Notes under the pieces: generated by a model
What the model was told of the DNA's origin: nothing
Database searches by the model: none
What the model saw: only the letters and a program-made list of their open reading frames with translations
Shown: one piece after another, positions 38,054 through 48,700 of the stretch
Position numbering within the stretch: position 1 is the first letter of the stretch
Layout of the letters: each line of letters begins with the position of its first letter
From: a virus
Reading direction: 5' to 3' (one strand)
IMG/VR virus record: IMGVR_UViG_3300035660_000005
Span: 1-64,000 of that record
Length of the DNA: 64,000 nt
Translations under genes and position numbers: made by a program

Positions 38054-38265
38054 GCCCTAATCCCGCTCGGTGCGCCGCCACGTCCCTCCTCGTGTGGAGT
38101 GAACAGGTCAGCTGCGTTGACGATACGGCCACCGTGCTCGTTATACCGGATCTCATGAGCTGGGACTGAGTTGCCCGAGCGCCGCGCTGGTTGCACTCGC
38201 TTGGCTAGCACATCACGCATGGTCGTGCGAGGCGGAATGCTACCCCGAGGCGGAATGCCTCTCAC
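38047..38265 (-). CDS. Hypothetical protein
   Basis: GTGA-coupled to the upstream ORF. Confidence 0.35.
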   Translation of the reverse strand: MRGIPPRGSIPPRTTMRDVLAKRVQPARRSGNSVPAHEIRYNEHGGRIVNAADLFTPHEEGRGGAPSGIRAW

Positions 38266-38921
38266 CAGAAGCTCGGTTCACCACTGTCGCTGGGTGTCGG
38301 TGGAATCTCTGGTCCCTCTTCCTCCTCGCGTTCCTGTGGGGCATGCTCGTCAGGCGCCAGCTCCTCTGCACGGAACCAGATCTCTTCCATCGAGCCGAAC
38401 CTGACGAAGTAGACCCAGCTCTCCCGAGGGTCGCGCTCGATGCGCACGACGCGACCGTGGTACTCGAACCACTGGGACTCCTTCTCGCACACGACGATGT
38501 AGTCGCCAACGTTGAACACTGGCTTCTCATCTTTCGCGGTCAGTCGTTCCATCGTGGTTGCTCCGCCGTCGTTAATTAGCCGGGTCGGTGGTTTCGCGAC
38601 ACGAGGATCGTCCTCTGGCTGAGCCAACTCCAACTGACGAACTGCTTGCTCACACACCGCTTCCAACGCCGGCGGCAGTGGAGGCGGCTCGAAGAGGTGG
38701 CGAAGTTCGGGTGGTGCGCTCTCGCGACACCAGGCGTCTAGCGCCTTTCCGCGTCGACGTGCGAACTCGAGGTACTCGTCCACCAGACCCCTCGTCCAAC
38801 TCTCACCAGGTTCCTTCGGGTCTCGCGAGCCGATGCGCTCGATCCGGATCAACAGTGAGTGGTCTGTGTGGGAAAGTGCGGGCAGCTCAAGTCTTGGCAG
38901 TTCCGGCGTCCGTGTCACCAT
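38262..38921 (-). CDS. Hypothetical protein with C-terminal KOW/SH3-like domain
   Basis: FNVGDYIVV..GRVVRI..YFVRF..FRAEEL; RBS and TATAAT upstream. Confidence 0.6.
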   Translation of the reverse strand: MVTRTPELPRLELPALSHTDHSLLIRIERIGSRDPKEPGESWTRGLVDEYLEFARRRGKALDAWCRESAPPELRHLFEPPPLPPALEAVCEQAVRQLELAQPEDDPRVAKPPTRLINDGGATTMERLTAKDEKPVFNVGDYIVVCEKESQWFEYHGRVVRIERDPRESWVYFVRFGSMEEIWFRAEELAPDEHAPQEREEEEGPEIPPTPSDSGEPSFW

Positions 38922-39052
38922 TGTGAGCCTCCCTCAACCTCTTCGCCTTCTCGATTATAAGGCGCCACAGCAGGCGAACGCTAGCCCCAGAGACCCTGTG
39001 CGAGCGCGCCTTCGTGCGCCGCTGTTCCCTGCGTTCGTTACGTGTTGTCACG

Positions 39053-39271
39053 CTACTCCTGGGCCTGGGTCAAGAGCGAGCGACAGAAGTCCTTGAACAG
39101 GTACTTCCACTGCGGCTTGAAGTCCTTCTGGGTTAGCGGGTTGCCCTCTGCCCACTTGAGGAAGCCTTCCTGCGTGAGCAGCCACGCCATCGTCTTCGGG
39201 TCTGTGAAGTTCTCGCTCATCAGTGAGCCTCCTCTATCTGGGATGCGGTACTGCTCGACGAGTTGCTGCAT
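39053..39271 (-). CDS. Hypothetical protein
   Basis: ORF in the minus-strand accessory block. Confidence 0.45.
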   Translation of the reverse strand: MQQLVEQYRIPDRGGSLMSENFTDPKTMAWLLTQEGFLKWAEGNPLTQKDFKPQWKYLFKDFCRSLLTQAQE

Positions 39272-39337
39272 AGACCACCTAGCGACGTCGCGCCGAACCG
39301 ATGTGACTGGTACACTATTTCCGGCACCGTATTCCCC

Positions 39338-39769
39338 TTACGGTAGTGTGCCCTCTGCGGTGGCGGTGACCTCCAGGTTGGCGCCGGCACAACTCGGTGC
39401 GGGGTCGCCCATCGTCACGGTGAACTTGAGTGTACGGCTATGGCCTGCCTTCAGCTCGATCGGGAGTCCGTAGGGCCCGACGTAGTCAAGCGCGCACACG
39501 TCGCCGTCGTTGAACGTCAACGTCAACGCTGCAAGCGTCACGTCCTTGGTGTTGGGGTTGGTGACTGCCACGTCCATCTTGACATGGTCGCCGGGTAGGA
39601 TTCCATCCAGCACCGAGGCGTCGGGCGTCACAACCAACACCTGCACTGTACCCACCTGGAACGTGTCCGTGCCTGACCCGGTCACCCGAAGGACTGCGAA
39701 CGTCGCCACGCCCACCAAGGCTAGCACGATGGCCGCCCCGGCTGCGATCAGCAGTTTCTTTTCTTTCAT
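39338..39769 (-). CDS. Exported beta-rich protein, TasA/SipW-substrate-like
   Basis: MKEKKLLIAAG..VGVATFA signal, TGSGT, ILPGD, VTNPN, Cys pair. Confidence 0.55.
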   Translation of the reverse strand: MKEKKLLIAAGAAIVLALVGVATFAVLRVTGSGTDTFQVGTVQVLVVTPDASVLDGILPGDHVKMDVAVTNPNTKDVTLAALTLTFNDGDVCALDYVGPYGLPIELKAGHSRTLKFTVTMGDPAPSCAGANLEVTATAEGTLP

Positions 39770-40137
39770 GCGCCGGCTTCCTTCTTGATGTACCGACCGT
39801 GCGCGTCGCGCGCAGGGGCACTCGTCACCGGCGCCGGCGTCGCGTCTTCGAGGCAGGGAAGCGGTGTCGGTGTCACTTCGGCCCTGAGCTCATCGATAAG
39901 TAGGTCGGTGGCGAGCTCGACGGACTCGCCGCGCGTCATGGTGGCACCGTCTGTGAGGCGCTCCTGGATGGCTGCCTGGAACGCTGTGTGCGACTTGCCG
40001 TGCAGCACGCCGCCACAGCGGCAGATGCACACCGGCAGGTGAGCGTCCTCGCAAGCTGCCGAACCCTTGGCCGAGAGCGGCCGCTTGTAGACCTTGCTCG
40101 GGTCTCGCTTGATTGCGTAGACTGCTTTCCTCGTCAT
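39766..40137 (-). CDS. Hypothetical protein with CxCxCGGxxHG metal-binding motif
   Basis: CEDA..VCICRCGGVLHG; ATG at 40137 with GGAGG. Confidence 0.55.
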   Translation of the reverse strand: MTRKAVYAIKRDPSKVYKRPLSAKGSAACEDAHLPVCICRCGGVLHGKSHTAFQAAIQERLTDGATMTRGESVELATDLLIDELRAEVTPTPLPCLEDATPAPVTSAPARDAHGRYIKKEAGA

Positions 40138-40313
40138 CGTGCAACCTCCTTCAGGCTGATGACTGCTATTGGAAGACAGCCGGGGCATACGATGCCCTTA
40201 CCCGCGGGTGGTGGGTAGCCGTCGGTGCCGTGGTGAGTGTGCTCGCCGCACAGACAGCAGTCGCCTTCCACGCCGCCGGTAATAGTGTCTTCCTTGCTTG
40301 CCGTTGGTTCCAT
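40134..40313 (-). CDS. Small zinc-ribbon protein (59 aa)
   Basis: Hand-translated; CCLCG..VCPGC. Confidence 0.45.
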   Translation of the reverse strand: MEPTASKEDTITGGVEGDCCLCGEHTHHGTDGYPPPAGKGIVCPGCLPIAVISLKEVAR

Positions 40314-40380
40314 CTCTTCTCTCTACTCCCTTGTCCTCGTTGGGTGTCGACTACCGCATCTACCGGTTGACGCCTGCGCC

Positions 40381-40746
40381 TCAGCCGCTGTTGTAGATGT
40401 CGTCGACCAGTGCGCGCGCTCCGGTCTCGAGCTCGCCCTTGTCGCGCAAGGCAATCATGCGGTTCACGAACTCAGTCTTGCGCACCTCGACGCGGTCGTG
40501 GCGACGCTTCGCCTCGTCGTACTGTGCCTGGACGCGGGCCGTGCGACGCTCGGTCTTGCGTACCGGGTCGTGCGTGCCGCAGTAGGGTTGCTCGCCGAGT
40601 GGTGCGTTCTGGGGATCGGCCAGGTCGAGTCGGGGGTCGTGGCGCATGACCGTGGCGTTCTTCTCGCACCGCGAGGAGTCCCAACCTCGCCAAACCTTCT
40701 CACTGCACTTCACCGGCCGTCCGTTGTTGTCCACTATCTTGGCCAT
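40381..40746 (-). CDS. Hypothetical protein (C..C..CGTHDP)
   Basis: RBS; operon chain. Confidence 0.6.
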   Translation of the reverse strand: MAKIVDNNGRPVKCSEKVWRGWDSSRCEKNATVMRHDPRLDLADPQNAPLGEQPYCGTHDPVRKTERRTARVQAQYDEAKRRHDRVEVRKTEFVNRMIALRDKGELETGARALVDDIYNSG

Positions 40747-40747
40747 C

Positions 40748-41191
40748 CTACTTCACCTCCTCCAGTTTGAGGTCGCTCACTCGCACCTTGCCGAGCGTGT
40801 CGTCTACGAGCCAGTGAACGACGATCTTGTTGCCGCCGCAGGCAGCCGAGTACCCGTAGTTGGCTTGCTCTCGGCTGAAGCCAACGACGATGCCGACCGT
40901 GTCGATGTGCGCGGTCGCGTAGCGGTGGTGGTGTCGAGAAACCTCGCTGGGCCTCAGCACCACTCGGTCGCCCTTCTGGAACCCTGCCTGTCGAGGCCAC
41001 CTCGTGCGCCGTGTGACCACGCCGACACCGTCGCCATCTGCGGCCGTGCCAACTGGTTCTGGCCCGTATTTGTTGGCCACGCGCGCGTCCATTTCGAGTT
41101 CGCGGCCGCGCTCGAGTCCGCACTCGTAGCACTGGCTTGGGTCGTGCTGCGAGCCCTCTCCGCGTGCGATCGGATCGTTGAGCTCAAACAT
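40748..41191 (-). CDS. Hypothetical protein (SH3/KOW-like C-terminus)
   Basis: FQKGDRVVL..GIVVG. Confidence 0.55.
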   Translation of the reverse strand: MFELNDPIARGEGSQHDPSQCYECGLERGRELEMDARVANKYGPEPVGTAADGDGVGVVTRRTRWPRQAGFQKGDRVVLRPSEVSRHHHRYATAHIDTVGIVVGFSREQANYGYSAACGGNKIVVHWLVDDTLGKVRVSDLKLEEVK

Positions 41192-41192
41192 C

Positions 41193-41444
41193 TTAATTGA
41201 CCTCCTCCGTCATGAGCCGCCACCGTCGGGTCACCTCGCCAAGCTCTTCGTTAGTGACCTCGCCGCGCTCCCAACGTTGGCGAGTCTCTTGGAGCTGCCT
41301 GGTCACCTCTTCGAGCGTGGTCGTCTGGCGGAGGGTCTCGCGCTCCTGCCGTCTCTGCTCGAGCTCGCGCTCTTTCACACGGCTCTCCCAGAAGCGACCC
41401 ATCTCCTCCACCTCTGTCCTCCGCCCTTTGAAGTTCCCTGTCAT
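41193..41444 (-). CDS. Hypothetical charged protein
   Basis: First gene after promoter cassette copy 3. Confidence 0.55.
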   Translation of the reverse strand: MTGNFKGRRTEVEEMGRFWESRVKERELEQRRQERETLRQTTTLEEVTRQLQETRQRWERGEVTNEELGEVTRRWRLMTEEVN

Positions 41445-41500
41445 CTCCTCTTACCTCCTACATCTATCGTCCAGGATAGGAAGACAGAGGTCAACGGGTT
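41442..41500 (-). promoter_or_regulatory. Sigma70-type promoter + RBS cassette, copy 3
   Basis: TTGACC-17-GACGAT; near-identical to copies 1 and 2. Confidence 0.7.
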
Positions 41501-41549
41501 TGGCGACCAATTTCCAAGAAATTTTCACAGTCGCTCCGTGGAATAAGCC

Positions 41550-41660
41550 AAGTAAAGAGGGTCTAATATATCCTGATTCCACAGCCTGCCGGACTATACA
41601 GTCGCACGAATGCCGACCGTAGAATCGTGTCCTAGTGCGGCAGGTTCCATTTAGCTGTGA
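41550..41660. repeat. Degenerate intergenic repeat, copy B
   Basis: Matches 15548-15659. Confidence 0.75.
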
Positions 41661-41734
41661 TAGGAAGTTCAGGGAGGTCCACAGCTAAACGGTTGGACGC
41701 TGTCGCCTCTAACATTCGTAAATGAAATCTCAGA

Positions 41735-41803
41735 TATTGCTCTCTAACCCGTTGACTCCTATCTTCCTATCTGGTACAATAGGTGTGGAGGTAGATGGAG
41801 ATG
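41735..41803 (+). promoter_or_regulatory. Sigma70-type promoter + RBS cassette, copy 4 (divergent)
   Basis: TTGACT (41752)-17-TACAAT (41775); shares ATATTGCTCTCTAACCCGTTGAC with copy 2. Confidence 0.8.
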
Positions 41804-43743
41804 AAAGAGAAGAAGTCGACTTGCAAGGCCTGCGGCCACACCGACAAACACTCTTGGCTCTCGGGTTGTCACGCAGGTTGTGGATGCAGCGAGGTCAAGT
41901 AAGATGGCCTCGCGCGTTTACGTGAGCACAAGACAGTTCGAGCTCAGCCACGGACATCGACCGCGCGGCTGCGGTCACTGGGCTTTCACATGCGGCGACG
42001 AGTCCGAGCTTCACTGGTTCAACGGGCTCTACAGTAGGGCCTGCTGGACAGCCAAGCACGAAGCCAAGATCCTCGGCTTCGATCTCGTGACGGCGCAGCC
42101 GTAGTAAAGGAAAGAGGATGGGCAAGTTCCATGGTCAGTGCCTCGAGGACACGGTCTGCAAGCAATGTGGGCAGCGGTGCTGCAAGTGGTGCCGTGAGGG
42201 GTTCCCTCCGTTGTGTCCCGAGTGCGCCTTGATCCAGCGCCGGGAGCGCGCGGTGGCAGCCAAGAGGTTGGCCGCGGCTTACTGGCCGCAGAAGGAGTCG
42301 CCATGACTGAAGCGCGCTGCAAGCATGGCATGATAACGGCCTACTGCGCGTTCTGCCGCAACCCACTGGACACCATCCACCAGGCGGCTGTGCTGTCCGC
42401 TGAGCGCGTGCGCGAGCGGCGAGACAAGCGCTACGCGAGCGCGGACGTTCGCGACCTGTGGAAGGCCATCGGGTTCCTCGCAGCGCGTGCCACGATCTCT
42501 ATCGTAGACCGCGACGAGGATGGAGCCGCCGAGTGTGAGGACGAGTACCAGATCGCAACCGGCGAGACCATCCACGTTCCGGTCAACCCAACGAAGTGGG
42601 GTCACTCGATCACGTTCGAGTTCGAGGCGACCAATTACGAGTTGGCGATCATCGGCTTGCCGCCGTCACTGCTCGAGTTGGCCACGCGCAACGGCACAAC
42701 GCACAGACTACTGAGCAGCACCGCCTTGGGTTGGGCACTCTTCACCTTGGGCTTCCGCGTGGGAGCTCAAGACGTCGACCGCGTTCTCGCCAATGTGCCA
42801 CCGGAGCACTTGGATGTCGTCACCCTCGGCGCTCTCTGCGGTATGGAGAGGTAGGAGAGGTTGCCATGCACAGGCCGCACGCTGTGACAGTCGAGGTCAA
42901 CATCAAGGACAACAGAGCCGAGAAGGGCTTCCGTACCGAAACACGTACGGTGCACATCAGCGCCCGCAACCAGGCCAATGCTGAGCGGGCAGCGCTCAAG
43001 AGGTTCCCAGGGTGCAAGGTCGTCGAGGAGTGAGATGGGAAACATCCGCGAGCCCGACATCCGCGAGCCCTATGTGAGCGAGCTGGTGAACCTCTACCAC
43101 CTGGCTAAGACGGCGGTCGGCGACCAGCGCTCCTCTCGCATGATATGGGCCGCCAAAGCATTCCACAAGGCACATCCTGAGGTGCCCACTATCCAGGCGT
43201 ACAAGCGGCTGGACAAGGCGATAGGCCAAAAGGGGGTACTGAACTGATGATCGGGCTTGTGCTGTTCTGGGTCTTCGCCGGAGTACTTGTTTGGGTAGTC
43301 GGCGCACTGGCTACGACCAAGGTAGCCTACCGTATAGAGTTCATCGACTACTACTCCGATCCAGTTTTCGTCGGCATAGTAGTGATGGCGTGGCCAGGCT
43401 TCGCGTGTGTCGGCGCCGCAGTCGGCGCCGCGTGGCTGCTCGGCCAAGCTGCAATGTGGGTAGACGAGCACAGCGGATGACCGGCTACGACTTCGAAGAC
43501 CGCGGCAAGACGCTCTACTTCCCAGGCTCACACTGGGGCAAGCACAACGAGTTGGCTGTGCATGGGCGTAAGGACGACCTCGTTGTCGTGAAGGTGCCAG
43601 CACTCACTGCCTACATCAGTCGCGGCACCGGGTCACACTACTGCCCAGCCGAGTTCCTAGTACTGCAAAAGCGAGGAGCAAGCGCGATGCCAGGCTACAC
43701 GCACGCAGAGCTTCTCATCGCAATTCCGCTGAGGGTGGTATGA
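41801..43743 (+). other. Chain of small hypothetical early ORFs (41801-41902, 41904-42104, 42118-42306, 42303-42854, 42866-43033, 43035-43247, 43247-43480, 43477-43743)
   Basis: Tightly coupled starts and stops with RBSs downstream of promoter copy 4; several are Cys/His-rich, one has TM helices. Confidence 0.6.
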
Positions 43744-44393
43744 AGTACGACTACGGCTTCCCGCTCATGGTCGACATCGTGCCGGCCACGAAGCCACCTG
43801 AGAAGGACGGCTTCTGGATCCAGCACTACGAGATCACCGAAGAGGAGGTGCACCGACAGCACTGCCGCCTCGACTGGACAATGCGTGGTCTCGAGCCTGG
43901 CACCTACTGCGTGCTACACCAGCGGCGTGATGGACACGACAGTCAGTGGATGTCCGACACTTGGCTCGAACGGTACACCAACGCGGACTTCCTCAAGAAG
44001 GCAACTGGCCACGTCCTTGTCATCGGACTGGGCATTGGCTTGTTACCTGTGGCACTCTGCCGCAAGGTGGATGTGGAGTCTGTCACTGTGCTGGAGATCG
44101 AGCCGCAGGTAATCGCTTTGGTGGAGCCGCACATCCGGCACCCGAAGCTCCGCCCCGTTGTCCAAGGCGACGCCTTCGAGCCACCACCGGCACTGCTCAG
44201 TGTTCGGTACTTCGACGCCGTCTACGCGGACATCTGGGCCGACATCTGTTCCGATAACTGGGAGACAATGAAGCCGTTGCTAGCCCTCTACCGGAAGGCC
44301 GCTAAGAAGGGCGCGCTGGTGACGGCGTGGCTCAAGGATTATATCCAAGCCGAACACAAAGCAACACGGCAACGGTACGGAGGGTACTGGTGA
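43740..44393 (+). CDS. Class I SAM-dependent methyltransferase (spermidine-synthase-like fold)
   Basis: VLVIGLGIG, VLEIE, QGDAF, FDAVYADIW. Confidence 0.75.
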   Translation: MKYDYGFPLMVDIVPATKPPEKDGFWIQHYEITEEEVHRQHCRLDWTMRGLEPGTYCVLHQRRDGHDSQWMSDTWLERYTNADFLKKATGHVLVIGLGIGLLPVALCRKVDVESVTVLEIEPQVIALVEPHIRHPKLRPVVQGDAFEPPPALLSVRYFDAVYADIWADICSDNWETMKPLLALYRKAAKKGALVTAWLKDYIQAEHKATRQRYGGYW

Positions 44394-45799
44394 TGAAGCA
44401 AGTACGGGCAGAAGGTATCCCGAAAAGGGCAGCGCTAATCCCTCTGGGCTCCCCACTCCTGGAAGTTAGGGAAAGAGGTAGACTTGTGAGAACGCTTTGG
44501 CTCGAGCGACCGCCCGCCGGCATCGGTATACAACTGGTCGACCCGCATCGGCAGCAACCTTTCAGTGTGTGGTACCGAGGCCAGATCCACTACTTCTGCG
44601 CGACGCGCACAGAAGCAGAGGGGCTGCTCGCTGAGCTACAAACAAGTCCGCCAGCGGTGGAGGAGCTCGAATGAAGATGGCGATTGACCGCGACTACCTC
44701 ATGTTCGCGCTTACGAACGCGCCGCACGGTGCAGAGATTGACGGCATGCGCATCCTCCGCCGGAGCGGAGACCTGGAGATCACTTGGCACATGCCCGACG
44801 ATCCTATCGCCTGCGGCAAGATCTTCCTCGGGTCGGGAAGAGGCATCGAGGCATTTCCATGGGCAGCTGGAGGGAAGACAGCGGCGCCGCCACCGAGCCG
44901 ACCTCAGACGGTCGAGAGGGGAATGAAGTAGAGATGAAGTCCGAGTCTCTGACGATCCGATACCTCAAGCAGGTCGACAGTCTGCTTGAGCAGGCCTACG
45001 AGAACACAAGTTACATCAAGGTGCGGGCGATCATCACCGGCGCACGTGCACACGTAGCCATGGCGCTCGACAACATCGCCGCGTACAAGGCTGGATCACG
45101 TGGCACCACACAGTAAGCGCCGACGAAATCCAGGCCCCATTGGCCGGCCACCAGAAGACCGCAAGGGCGTCTACGCCAAGCAGAAGGCGAAGGCAGACCA
45201 AGCGGTGCTGGACAAGCTGGCACGTCGACGGATCTTGCTGCCGACCCCCAGGCAGGTCATACAAGTCAACAAGACGAGGAGTGACAAAGCATGAAGGTGC
45301 TGACCGAAGCCCAGATCGTGGACGCGATGCGCAGTTCGTTGAAAGAGCGCCCACTCGGAGCGATGGGCACATGCATCGTGGATGGAGCGCGCGTGATCTA
45401 CGAGCTTGCTATGCGGCTGGGTCACACAACCGCCCGTGAACAGATGGCCTTCGCCAAGCAGTGCATGCCGAAGGACACGTGGAAGGAGCGAGCATGAAGG
45501 AAGAGTCGCACCTCGTCTACATCGTTTGGCGCGACAGCGTCGGCGCACCTCACTACGTGGGCTGCGATTGCGAAGACATACCGGCGACTATCCTGCTAGA
45601 GGGCGTGGCCTGGATCGTGAACGAAACCGAACAGGATCTGGTCGTCGCGGCCTACCGTTCGAACGACGGCGGCTGGATGGATGTAGTCGCGATTCCACGA
45701 TGCGCCATCGAGAAGATCTACCGCATCCAATGGCCCCAACCGGTGCTGCAGGTCGAAGCGATTAAGCTGGATGCAGACTTCCTCGGGGCACCGGACTAG
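44393..45799 (+). other. Chain of small hypothetical ORFs (44393-44674, 44671-44931, 44934-45116, 45100-45294, 45291-45497, 45494-45799)
   Basis: Translationally coupled ORFs; the last converges on the polyprotein with a shared CTAG. Confidence 0.55.
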
Positions 45800-48700
45800 C
45801 GGGTAGTCACGACTGGCTTGCGCTTCGCGAAGCCACCCATACTGAGCCCGCGAATCTGCCCGCTCTTCACGAGACGCCAGCCGGCGTCGTTCCAGAGTAC
45901 GCCCATCCACACGCTGTTGGCGGGAATGGTCGTCTCCTTCGACTTACCGTCAGGAAGTGTGAGCTTTGTCGTGACCTCCCAAGGCCACGCGACGATGTCG
46001 ACCCACTCACCAACGGGGATGATCCCTGCAGCGCCGTGCTGAAGATAGATGCGTCGGTCGCCGGCCTGCACGTAACCCCACTGTCCCTTCTGGAGCTCGT
46101 CTGCCATGATGAACTCGTCGTGGGCGTCGAGCTCTGGGTCACGCGGCATGTTGGTAGCCTTGTAGCAGACACCGAACGTGTACTGCTCCTCAGCGGCCTT
46201 CTCGAGCACGGTATACTCGAACGGCTGGGTGTCGCCACTCTTGGCGACCTCCGCCTGGTCGGTGTGGCTCGCACCGGCAGCAAGCGCGAACATCTGTCCG
46301 TCCAGGCCCACCTCTCCGAACAGGAGCTCGCTCTCGTTCCAGTTGCGCAACAGGTCGTCGTCCACGTTGACAAGTACCAGCTTCTTGACGCCGGCAGACT
46401 TCAGGTCACGCGACGCATCAAGCGCGGACGGCAGTGCCCTGCCGCCTGGTAGGTACTGCGTGTCCTTCCAGCCGTGCGCTCCGGCGAAGACAAGGTCAGC
46501 GTCCTCCACCATGTAGCGGTCGGGGCCAAGTGGTCCCCAGATGATGGTGGTGCGCTTCTCTTCCTTCTCGTCATAGACTGCGATCTCGAAGCAGACCGCT
46601 CCCTCTTCGCCAGCACAGCGGCCATAAGCACCCCATGGGCGCACGTACACACGGTCTTGTGAGTAGCCTGCATCGTAGCCAGTGCACAGCTCCACGCCGA
46701 GTGTCTCTGCCTGCTCCTTGATGTCCGCCAGATGCGTGTTGTACGGGTTGGTGATGAACCACGCGTCCACTGCCTTCGGCAGCTTCTCGAGTAATCCTGG
46801 TCCGCCGTCGAACACGAACGACTTGTTCGCCACCTGAACAAGCAGTCCGTACGGGGAGATGCGCGACTCTACCTGCTCGCCGCCGGTGCCGAGTAGTGTC
46901 ACCTTGATGTCGGCCGCCTTGACCAGACGTGGTCCGTTCTCGTCCAGTACCAAGTCGAACAACGGCGTCGCTTCTGGGTCGCCACGTCGGTCGAACTTCA
47001 CGGCGGGCACAACCCCTGCCGAGCCTGCGATCAGTGTCGCGATGCCCTGAGCCAGACTTGGACTCCAGTACTCGGGTTCGCGGTCAGCCGCCTCGCGCAC
47101 TACCAACTCGATCGTCTTCGAGCCGGCCATCGGCTTGTACGAGATGAACGCTGGGATGACAGTCGGCACGCCCTTGATCTGCCAGACCCACTTGCCGTGC
47201 ACCTGTCGGTACAGTGTGTTCCCGCCACCGTGGTGCTTCGAAACGGTGTCGGACTTGACGATGTTGGGGTGCTCCTCGACCCACTTCTTGGCGCTGGTGA
47301 GTGTCCACTCGTCGTCCGTCGGGAACCTGAGCGCCTGGACTGTGGTGGTCTTCTCCCCCTTGAGCTTCCCAATCACGGCGAATACTCGAGGCTTGGTAGC
47401 CTGGATGGTGATGCGTCGGAACGAGTCCTGCTCGAAGTCACCAGGCTCTCGCACCCTATGTCGAATCTCGTTCTCCGTCGTCTCCCAAGCCTTTGCCAGC
47501 ATCTCCTCGGTCTCCTTCTTTACGACGCCGGCAAGCACCTTCCACTGATCAGCGTCCTCCACTTCCAGTGCCGCCAACAGCGCGTCGCCACTCTTTGGGA
47601 TGTCGATGAAGTACGGACCATGGGCACCATCACTCCACACCAAGTGTGGTTGACGCTTTCCGCGTAGCTCCTTGATGACGTCGGCGAGCTTGTGCTCCTC
47701 GGCGTAGGGCGTGTCGGACTCAGGCTTGCTGACGAGCCACACACGCCGACCACCCATCGGTGCGAACGTGATCTGGTAACGACCCTTCACCTTCGAGCCG
47801 CTCAGGAACACCTCGAACATGTGCTCACGCGCCACACCCAGTTTGTACGTGCCTCTGTCGTACACAAAGAACTTGGCCCATGCCTGTGACGTGGCGCCGA
47901 CCTCCTCCGGCTCCGAGATTGCCGGCTTGCCGACGCCAACGTTCAGCCACTCCGTCGGCTGTGCTAGCTTCCACGAGCCCTGAAGGCTATCGTCTGTCGG
48001 CAGGTTCTGGAGACGGTCGCCACCGGCAGCCTTCACCTCAGACGCCTTGCCCAGGAATGTTGTGAAGCCCCACAGTGCGTCCTCGCCCTGCAAGCGGAGG
48101 TCGCCGTGCACCGAGTGGTCGGTGTCGAGCAGGGTAGACTCACTGGTGCCCTTCGCTTCATCCTCAGTCAGGCCACGCCAGTGGTGATGGTAGACGAAGC
48201 GTCCACGACCCGAGCGTGGCAGTGCGTCGAACCAGCTCTTCTTCCAGTAGGCAGCTACCTCGCCGGCACGGCCCTCTTCCTCGTGTGGGCCTGCCTTCGC
48301 GAGTGAGAACATCAAGCTCTGCGGCACGAACTCGAAGTCGACTACCTTCATCCCTCTGCGCCTTGAGCGTGTAGCGACGCCTGGTACCGACCACAACTCG
48401 GCGTTCGGGTCGCAGTCATTCGACGCCATATGGTAGTCGTCGCAACGCTCGCAGAGGATGATTGTGCTCTTCTGCGTCGGCTCCATCTTCTCCTCGCGGA
48501 GTGCGCCGTAGCGGCGAGCCAGATCGATTGCTTGCTGCACCGTGTACGCTGGTCGGGAGCGATCAGGTCCCTGCGGTGTCGGCTTGCCCCACGTGAGCGT
48601 TCCGTCGCTCAGTAGGATCATCTCCTCCACCGTCACGTTGAGTGTGTCGCCCTCGCCCGCCAACTGTGTCGGCGAGACGAACGTCTTGCCCAGTTTCTGG

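Noticed and set aside
37960-38260. Additional tRNA or other structured RNA next to tRNA-Pro (GTTCAA-like motif near 37975)
   Set aside because: Could not fold a cloverleaf or recognise a known ncRNA; the region is explained by coupled ORFs
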